Source: Desulfobacterales bacterium (GTDB lineage: Bacteria > Desulfobacterota > Desulfobacteria > Desulfobacterales > SURF-7). From it: 64,000 nucleotides of DNA. A program made the translations under genes and the position numbers. Shown one piece after another: positions 45,703-52,897 of this stretch. The stretch lies in contig JABHLN010000002.1 in NCBI GenBank assembly GCA_018693105.1, positions 5,172 to 69,171 on the forward strand. The letters run 5' to 3'. Below the pieces are notes generated by a model. That model worked only from the letters and a program-made list of their open reading frames with translations, was not told the origin of the DNA and did not search any database. Positions within the stretch are counted from its first letter, which is position 1, and each line of letters begins with the position of its first letter.

Positions 45703-47598
45703 TTAAAGGTTTTCAAAATCTTTTGTATACTCTATTTCACTATTTTCGACCAACTGACTCAGCCAATTACTGAATACCTCTGACTCTTTCTGCTTACGCA
45801 GTGAGGATACGGTGCCTGCTTTATCTTTATCAAAATCTTCCAGGGGTGGTTCCTCCTTCCCCCTGAATTTTATTACAAAATAACCTTTTTCTCCTTTTAT
45901 AACCTCTTCATTCAGATTGTTTTTCTCAGAGAGCTTGAATGCTGCACCCGCAACATTTCGTTCAGAACCAATTTTAGGGATCATGGTATCCCTTTTAAAC
46001 AATCCGGTGGTAACAATTTCAAGGTTATTCTTCCCGGCTTCCTCTTTTATATCGTCGCCCGCCTTTATCTTTTTCAGGAAAGACTCAGCGTCTTCTTTCG
46101 CTTTTGCATCCTGTTGTTCATTTTTCAGATCAACAGTGACCTCTGCTTTGATGTCCTCAAGGGGTGGAACAACTTCAGGTTTTCTATCAGCAACCTGAAG
46201 AATATAATACCCATTTCCGAAATCATATACGTCACTTACTTCATCATCTATCAGTTCAAAAGCAGTTGAAGTAAACTTTATACCTTCCTTTACCCCGTTT
46301 TGAGGCTGATTTCTTGTAATGAAATCGGTAGTAACAAGTTTCATCTTTCTCTCATCTGCAGCCTGCAGGAGGTCATTACCTCCCTCTGAAATATCCAGGA
46401 CTTCTATTGCCTCATCATATGCAATCCGGTCTGCCTCCTCACCCATCAATTGATTTAGGATGTCAGGTGTGGCGTCTTTTAAGGAGGTCATCGACTTTTC
46501 ATTAACCTTTTCAACCTTAATTATGTGCCATCCAAATTGTGTTTTTACAGGATCACTGACCTCCCCCGGTTTCATTGAAAAAGCTTTATCAGCAAAAGGT
46601 TTTACCATGGAATCTTCTGTAAATGCGCCAAGATCCCCCCCCTTGTCCTTTGAAGGGCCCTCGGAATATTTCTTGGCAAGTTCGGCAAAATCTTTTCCTT
46701 CCTTTGCATATCCAGCTATATCAGCAGCTTTTTTTCTTTTTTCTTCTACAACACTTTTCTCTGCACCCTGCTCTACCTTTATGAGAATATGACGGGCTTC
46801 TACAGTTTTTGGCTGGATATATTTTTCAGGATCAGCCTCATAATAATCTTTAACTGCATCGGCACTCATCTTTATATTTGATTTGTAAGAATCAGGGTTG
46901 AACTTTAAATAACGAACCTTGATTTTAGATTCAGTTTTAAACCTGTCCTTATTATCATCAAAATATTTCTTTATTTCTTCTTCAGAGGGGTTAATATCCT
47001 TGTACTTATCAGGGCTGAACAACACGGTATCAATATTTACGGATGAATTTGACCACTTATACCATTCCAATGCCTCATTATCAGATACTTTAACAGCACT
47101 TAAAATGATTTTTCTAAGTTTCTCAGTAAGAATGTTCTTCCTCATGTCCGTCTCAAACTTCTCGGGAGTCATTCGATTTGCAGCCAATATTCTCTTGTAA
47201 AACTTTATATCAAATTTTCCGTTGATCTTGAATGCAGTGTAGTCCTTTATTGCATTGTTAAGCTCTTTATCTGAAACTTTCAACTTGAGCTTTTTGGCTT
47301 CCTGGAGGATAACCTTCCGATTTATAAGCTGATCAAGTGCATTCTTCTCAACCCTTAAAAGTTTTATAAGCTTGTCATCCAGATTATCCCCGAATGACTT
47401 GCGATACTGTTCAAGCATATTGAAATATTCACTTCTGTACTCACCATATAATATGGATTCACCGTTAACAGTTACCACTTTTCCATTGTTGTTGTTATCC
47501 TGACCACCAGTACCCATTAAAACAAAAACAACGACGATCAACCCCAAAAGCACCTTGATTATCCAGGAAGAAGCATTCTCCCTCATTTTCCTGAGCAT
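45703..47598 (-). CDS. ppiD: periplasmic chaperone / peptidyl-prolyl isomerase PpiD-like
   Basis: 631 aa. N-terminal TM anchor, SurA_N-like region and a parvulin domain (EARHILIKV...FGWHIIKVE). Confidence 0.75.
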   Translation of the reverse strand: MLRKMRENASSWIIKVLLGLIVVVFVLMGTGGQDNNNNGKVVTVNGESILYGEYRSEYFNMLEQYRKSFGDNLDDKLIKLLRVEKNALDQLINRKVILQEAKKLKLKVSDKELNNAIKDYTAFKINGKFDIKFYKRILAANRMTPEKFETDMRKNILTEKLRKIILSAVKVSDNEALEWYKWSNSSVNIDTVLFSPDKYKDINPSEEEIKKYFDDNKDRFKTESKIKVRYLKFNPDSYKSNIKMSADAVKDYYEADPEKYIQPKTVEARHILIKVEQGAEKSVVEEKRKKAADIAGYAKEGKDFAELAKKYSEGPSKDKGGDLGAFTEDSMVKPFADKAFSMKPGEVSDPVKTQFGWHIIKVEKVNEKSMTSLKDATPDILNQLMGEEADRIAYDEAIEVLDISEGGNDLLQAADERKMKLVTTDFITRNQPQNGVKEGIKFTSTAFELIDDEVSDVYDFGNGYYILQVADRKPEVVPPLEDIKAEVTVDLKNEQQDAKAKEDAESFLKKIKAGDDIKEEAGKNNLEIVTTGLFKRDTMIPKIGSERNVAGAAFKLSEKNNLNEEVIKGEKGYFVIKFRGKEEPPLEDFDKDKAGTVSSLRKQKESEVFSNWLSQLVENSEIEYTKDFENL

Positions 47599-47756
47599 AA
47601 ATAATTTCCTTTTCCTGTTAATTAATCTCTTATTTCTTTAAAAAACATTAAGTAGTTATTTTTATTTTCAATCGTGATTTTTGTCAATAGTTTCCAGCTA
47701 ATCAATAGCATAATTTATCATGATATTGACAATAAAACATTACATTAAAAAAAATA

Positions 47757-47784
47757 TTGACACATTTTTCAATTTCTTTATAAT
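47757..47784 (+). promoter_or_regulatory. consensus sigma70-type promoter for tRNA-Ala
   Basis: TTGACA (47757-47762), a 16-nt spacer, TATAAT (47779-47784), 13 nt before the tRNA. Confidence 0.55.
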
Positions 47785-47797
47785 CAAAAATTCTTAT

Positions 47798-47873
47798 GGG
47801 GCTGTAGCTCAGATGGGAGAGCGCATGACTGGCAGTCATGAGGTCAGGGGTTCGATCCCCCTCAGCTCCACCA
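47798..47873 (+). tRNA. tRNA-Ala (anticodon GGC)
   Basis: GGGGCTG/CAGCTCC acceptor with the G3:U70 Ala identity pair, anticodon arm CATGA-CTGGCAG-TCATG, T arm AGGGG-TTCGATC-CCCCT, CCA. Confidence 0.9.
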
Positions 47874-47891
47874 ATATTCTCAAATAAAATA

Positions 47892-47918
47892 AGGCGCCTG
47901 GTAATAGGCGCCTCTTTT
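47892..47918 (+). terminator. rho-independent terminator after tRNA-Ala
   Basis: AGGCGCC-loop-GGCGCCT stem followed by CTTTTGTTT. Confidence 0.65.
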
Positions 47919-48132
47919 GTTTCTATACAGGAAAACCACACACACATGACTATATTAGCTTTTATCAGGGATTCACTTTGACATATCTCTAATAATCTTT
48001 AGTATTATTTAACTAAAATGTATTTGTTGAAAATGAAAAACTTCTAATTTATGATTGGTCCAGTAATTGGGAGAGTTCAACGAGCAGGTTCCTATACTAA
48101 ATTCCATATTAAAAAATGGGGGGGATTATATT

Positions 48133-48522
48133 ATGTCAATTAACAAGACGGCCATAGTACAAAAATTTTTCCAGCTTGCAGGTGAAGGAAAGTGGGACGA
48201 AGTTGAGCCTTTCCTCCACCCCGATTTCGAGTTGATCCCAGCCACTTGTCAACCGTACGCCGGGGCTTATAGAGGTTTAAGAGGTTTCCAGGAAATAGTT
48301 CACAAAATATATAATGAAACATACGAACTTTATGAACCTACAGTGCTTGAATTTACTGAAGGCCCCCATACTGTTGTTGTATTGATTTCAGTGAAAGTTA
48401 CAGGCAAAAAGACCGGACAAACGATTACAATGGACTTAGTCGAAGCTTTACGGTTTGAAGAAGGCAAGATAAGGTCGATTGTCCCATATTATTTTGACAC
48501 AAAACTTCTGGTCGAGTTATAA
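48133..48522 (+). CDS. SnoaL-like / NTF2-fold small protein
   Basis: Start trimmed to ATG 48133, with GGGGGA upstream. 129 aa. AIVQKFFQLAGEGKWDEVEPFLHPDFE is the typical opening of SnoaL-like domains. Confidence 0.55.
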   Translation: MSINKTAIVQKFFQLAGEGKWDEVEPFLHPDFELIPATCQPYAGAYRGLRGFQEIVHKIYNETYELYEPTVLEFTEGPHTVVVLISVKVTGKKTGQTITMDLVEALRFEEGKIRSIVPYYFDTKLLVEL

Positions 48523-48720
48523 ATTTTACCGAATTTATTATTATTTGACAGGGTGGCTTTTGAATACTTTGCCCTGTCAAGAATGACGGCTTGGCCTCTC
48601 GTGGCTTTTACAAGACCTTATGTTTTATAGTTAAGTTTTATTAGTATAAAATATAATAGTTAGCAAGTTGTCGAGTACTTTTTTTGTTTAAGTGGTTGAA
48701 AACAGGGTTTTTTATAGGGT

Positions 48721-48838
48721 GGGCTTGGGTTTGCGCAGATTAGTGACTTGCTAACTTTTCATTGAAAGTTAGTAAGTTTATAGTAGAGATTGTAATTTCT
48801 TATATGTTTGTGGCTCATTCAACTTAAGGATTGTGGTA
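48721..48838 (+). repeat. direct repeat R1 (about 118 nt, contains 13-bp hairpin) flanking the TIR-like gene
   Basis: GGGCTTGGGTTTGCGCAGATTAGTGACTTGCTAACTTTTCATTGAAAGTTAGTAAGT...TGTTTGTGGCTCATTCAACTTAAGGATTGTGGTA. It aligns by eye with 51129-51247 at roughly three-quarters identity. Confidence 0.8.
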
Positions 48839-48872
48839 TTAAATAGATCTGTCCCAGTTTGACTACTTTAAT

Positions 48873-50882
48873 TTAACTACCACCTTCAATTTGATTGAGT
48901 GTATAGAATTTATTATCTACAATAGCTTTCTTTTTATAAATACGAATTGTTTTTCTCTCCATAGAAATAATCATTAATATATCTTGTGGTGCCCCACTAA
49001 GGGTATCAGTTAATAATGATTTAACCTCCTTTGTCTTTTCTTCTTCTACTACAGTCATTGTTCCTTTTGCGGCGCAACCTTCAAAAACTGCATCATAATG
49101 AACTAAAAATTTAATTTTTTTGGCCGGTTGGGCTGGTTCAAACAAGTTAAGACCTGCTAATCCTCTAAGGGCATTAAACGCCCTTTCTTGTTCATAACTT
49201 CCAGTAGCTGTCAGTCGTCCATCAACAACTTCGAGCTCCAAGTTACACTTTTTGTCTTTCCATATTCCATTAAAATTCGATGGTGTTATCTCTGTCAACG
49301 CATGTCCAAAATCCTTGTAGTACTCATGGACAGGAATCGCTTCCAAAGTTATTTTTTTCTCTTTTTTGTCTTCCTCTTCTTGCACAGTCTTAATTTGGGT
49401 AATATCATCGCCTATGTTCTTATGATAATCATCAATACTCACCGCCTTATCACATATCTTCTGAGCCTCAGACAAAAAACCGGCTTCAATTAGCTTTTTA
49501 GCCATATTGCTCATAGCTATAGTTGAACCGAGTTCCTCTGCTTTCCTATATGCTATCACAGATTTACAGTTGATATCAAAGCGACTATACTGGGCACCAA
49601 TGTTATTCCAACTGCCAGATCCGCGCAGTTGATTTGGTATCTTCAGGTAATGTAGTAATGAAAGTTCTTTGTTTTCAGTTTGGGAATAGTTGTAAGCTAA
49701 GAAAAATCTCATATTAACATCGCCTGGTGTTAGTTCAAGTAATTTCTCAGTCAGACCAAAAATCTGGTCTTTATCATCATTAATCTCTGCAACATTACGC
49801 AACGTTTCAACTATAAGTTGGTTACCCTTTTCTATCGTAGGTGCCAATTCTTTCATCTTATTTATTAGAAATGAAGCACGCTCTGTGTCCCCTGAATGTG
49901 TAAATGCAATCACTGATTCACTATGTCTTGCTAACTGATCTTCACCTATAACAGCATTTACGGCCGCTTTTTGAAAAGATTCTCCCGCCTTTAAGTACTC
50001 CTTAAACACCTCATACCCTTTTGCTAAATATTTTTGAACTTCGCTATTTTGGGAATATTTTTTTGCCAAATTCTCTAAGTTTGATAAATTGCCGTCTTTT
50101 CCAGATAGAATTCGGTAATACTCCAGAGTTGCTTCCCAACTCTCCATATTTTCTGGAATCTGACCATCCTCTGTAGCCAGATAAGCATCGCTTATCCTTT
50201 GTTCTTCTTCAGGGTCTTCCATTATCATCATTTGTGATACAACAAATTCATAAGTTCCTTTCGTCCAATTATCATTTGGTTCAAACCAATCACGATGTTC
50301 TTTTTTTTCTTCTTGAATTTCTTTCTCAGTTTTTTCCTCCGGTTTTGAAGAATCTGCGGTACTAGTAGCCATAGCTTTTGGCTTTAAATTACGGATTGTT
50401 TGGCTAATTTCATGAAAAGACTTCTCTGGTGCATTTCTATCAAATGTTATGAATTCATGATTACCTTGTAAGCCACCTGGTGGGCGTGTGCCTTTCTCGA
50501 TTAACAATAATAAATTCATTTCTCGCCCTATAGCCAACCCTATCTCTTGAATTATCCAATCTGATGTTTTCCAAAAATAACTATTGGCAGATCCTGATAA
50601 TCGTTTTCCTATTAACCATGTTGGCTTTAGTTCATTAGGCTCAATCACCCTTTCCTTTTTAGTGCAAATACCGATGAAGAGATTTTTATCTTGAATTTTC
50701 TGCATCACTTTTTCTGCTAAATCTTTTGATTCTGCCTCTTTTGCGTGATCCCACGAAAAACCGATATTCATTTTTTGGAGTTCGGTAAAAATATTCAAGA
50801 ATACCTGTACTAATGATTCATCATTTTCGTCAAAACTATGACCAATAAAAGCTTTAATTTCTTTCATTAGCTCAATCCTCAT
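48873..50882 (-). CDS. TIR-like (Cap12/PycTIR-type nucleotide-binding TIR-like) N-terminal domain + TPR-like helical repeats + uncharacterised C-terminal domain
   Basis: 669 aa. Residues about 6-150: KAFIGHSFDEND...NLFIGICT...SDWIIQEIGLAIGREMNLLLLIEKG...GLQGNHEFITF matches my memory of the TIR-like fold (strand-A FIGHS; W..E helix with a putative catalytic Glu113). This is followed by an acidic linker, helical repeats at about 230-520, and a beta-rich tail. Confidence 0.55.
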   Translation of the reverse strand: MRIELMKEIKAFIGHSFDENDESLVQVFLNIFTELQKMNIGFSWDHAKEAESKDLAEKVMQKIQDKNLFIGICTKKERVIEPNELKPTWLIGKRLSGSANSYFWKTSDWIIQEIGLAIGREMNLLLLIEKGTRPPGGLQGNHEFITFDRNAPEKSFHEISQTIRNLKPKAMATSTADSSKPEEKTEKEIQEEKKEHRDWFEPNDNWTKGTYEFVVSQMMIMEDPEEEQRISDAYLATEDGQIPENMESWEATLEYYRILSGKDGNLSNLENLAKKYSQNSEVQKYLAKGYEVFKEYLKAGESFQKAAVNAVIGEDQLARHSESVIAFTHSGDTERASFLINKMKELAPTIEKGNQLIVETLRNVAEINDDKDQIFGLTEKLLELTPGDVNMRFFLAYNYSQTENKELSLLHYLKIPNQLRGSGSWNNIGAQYSRFDINCKSVIAYRKAEELGSTIAMSNMAKKLIEAGFLSEAQKICDKAVSIDDYHKNIGDDITQIKTVQEEEDKKEKKITLEAIPVHEYYKDFGHALTEITPSNFNGIWKDKKCNLELEVVDGRLTATGSYEQERAFNALRGLAGLNLFEPAQPAKKIKFLVHYDAVFEGCAAKGTMTVVEEEKTKEVKSLLTDTLSGAPQDILMIISMERKTIRIYKKKAIVDNKFYTLNQIEGGS

Positions 50883-51128
50883 TTCTGGTTGTTAAGCAAT
50901 GTATGGTTTAAATTTTTAGTGTGAATCTGTAAGTCTTTGGTGAGTCTATTTTGATTTTATAGTATTAGAAATATTGTATGTCAAGCAATAGGGTTATTAG
51001 GCTGGGATCGATTCTTATTTCTGAATGGATGTTCATCCGGTTTCTCACCATTCGTGTGTTATAACGTACAACTGAATTGATTTGTTCTGTTTAGTGACAC
51101 ATTTGTAACTGCTTTATATAAATGTATT

Positions 51129-51247
51129 GGGATTGGATTTGCGCAGATCAATGACTTACTAACTTATGCGCTAAAGTTAGTGAGTTAATAATAGAGCTTG
51201 TATTTTTTTATAAGTTTGTGGCTTATTAAATTCAAGGGTTGTAGTAA
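51129..51247 (+). repeat. direct repeat R2 (partner of R1, contains 12-bp hairpin)
   Basis: GGGATTGGATTTGCGCAGATCAATGACTTACTAACTTATGCGCTAAAGTTAGTGAGT...AGTTTGTGGCTTATTAAATTCAAGGGTTGTAGTA. Confidence 0.8.
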
Positions 51248-51400
51248 GTATGTATATTTAATATTACCTTGATAAATTCAAGACTTTTAATTTTCATAGT
51301 GGTTTTTTAGCATTATCACTGAAAAGTCTTGACTGTTTCGGAATATATTCGGATCTTTTCCGATCAAGCCGTTACTTGTCAATAATCACGGAGATTAATT

Positions 51401-52822
51401 GTGAAACCAAGAAAAAATTCAATCCCGGAAAATGTGAAAAAAATACACATTGTCGCTATTTGCGGAACAGGTATGGGGGCTCTTGCATGTATGCTTAAGG
51501 ACCAGGGCTTTGAAATAACCGGGTCCGATGATAAAGTCTATCCTCCAATGAGCGAATTCCTATACAGCAAAGGTATAAATATAAACAAAGGTTTCAATTC
51601 CGAAAACCTTTCATACCGGCCTGATCTTGTTATTATCGGAAATGCTGTGGGAAAGGATAATCCAGAAGCGGCTGCAGCAATGAATCTTGAACTTAACTAT
51701 TGCTCCATGCCTCAGGCTTTAAATAAGTTTATTGCCCATGGGAAAAAAGCAATCCTTGCAACAGGCACCCATGGTAAAACTACAACATCATCCATTATTG
51801 CCTGGATTCTATATAAAGCAGGGCTTGATCCTTCATTTATGATAGGAGGCATCTTAAAAAACTTTAGCAGCAATTACCGCCTTGGGAATGGTAACTATAT
51901 TGTAATTGAAGGAGATGAGTATGATACAGCCTTTTTCGATAAAGGTGCGAAGTTTCTTCATTATGAGCCGGCCCTGGCTGTTCTTACAAGTGTTGAGTTT
52001 GATCATGCCGATATCTTCCATGATCTTGATCATGTAAAAAGTGTATTTAACACATTTATCTCAGGCCTTTCCAATAACAGTACTATTTTCGGATATGACG
52101 AAGATGAAAACATAACAGAACTTTTCATAAATAAAAAATGCAAGACACAACGGTACGGTCTCCGCAAAGATTCAGGCTGGCTTATCTCGGATATAAACAT
52201 CTCACCGCCATGGAATAAATTTTCTGTCAAAAAGCACGGGAAAATATTCGGAACATTTAAAACAAAAATGATGGGGGCTCATAACCTTTTAAACATATTA
52301 TCGGCAATTGCTGTTTGTGACTCACTTTCCCTGCCACTCGAAATCCTTCAAAAAGCCCTTGAAACATTTGAAAACGTAAAAAGAAGACAGGAGGTAAGGG
52401 GTGTCAAAAACAACATTACTATAATGGATGATTTTGCCCATCATCCCACGGCAGTACGTGAAACTATTAATGCCGTTAAACCTTTCTATCCTGAAGGCAG
52501 GCTCATCTCTGTATTTGAACCTAGAACAAATTCCAGCATGCGTAATGTATTCCAGGATATATATCCCCTGTCCTTTGACCGGGCTGACCTAATTTGCATA
52601 AGACAGCCCTCTCTTCTTGAAAAAATTCCCCAGGAGATAAGGTTTTCATCGGAAAAACTGGTGGCTGATCTTAAAAAAAAGGATAAAGATGCACACTATT
52701 TTCAGGATACAGACTCGATTATTGATTTTCTTGTTTCAGAAGCAAAGCCCGGAGACCTGGTTCTCGTAATGTCTAACGGGGGTTTTGACAATATTCACGA
52801 AAGGCTGCTTGGTTTATTGTAG
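51401..52822 (+). CDS. mpl: UDP-N-acetylmuramate:L-alanyl-gamma-D-glutamyl-meso-diaminopimelate ligase
   Basis: 473 aa with a GTG start. HIVAICGTGMGALACMLKDQGFEITGSD, GTHGKTTTSS, and a Mur-ligase C-terminal domain. The N-terminus is Mpl-type rather than MurC-type. Confidence 0.8.
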   Translation: MKPRKNSIPENVKKIHIVAICGTGMGALACMLKDQGFEITGSDDKVYPPMSEFLYSKGININKGFNSENLSYRPDLVIIGNAVGKDNPEAAAAMNLELNYCSMPQALNKFIAHGKKAILATGTHGKTTTSSIIAWILYKAGLDPSFMIGGILKNFSSNYRLGNGNYIVIEGDEYDTAFFDKGAKFLHYEPALAVLTSVEFDHADIFHDLDHVKSVFNTFISGLSNNSTIFGYDEDENITELFINKKCKTQRYGLRKDSGWLISDINISPPWNKFSVKKHGKIFGTFKTKMMGAHNLLNILSAIAVCDSLSLPLEILQKALETFENVKRRQEVRGVKNNITIMDDFAHHPTAVRETINAVKPFYPEGRLISVFEPRTNSSMRNVFQDIYPLSFDRADLICIRQPSLLEKIPQEIRFSSEKLVADLKKKDKDAHYFQDTDSIIDFLVSEAKPGDLVLVMSNGGFDNIHERLLGLL

Positions 52823-52897
52823 ACTTTTTATGAGTGCATCAATATTAGTAAATACGAATAATTCTTTGTGCGGGGTGGATAGGAATTTACTGACCTG

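Noticed and set aside
48721-51247. Interpretation of R1/R2 as canonical integron attC sites
   Set aside because: The hairpin flanks (TGCTAAC...GTTAGTA) only loosely resemble the RYYYAAC/GTTRRRY cores. No intI, attI or further cassettes are nearby, and the cassette is long. I kept it only as a hypothesis to test, not as a call.
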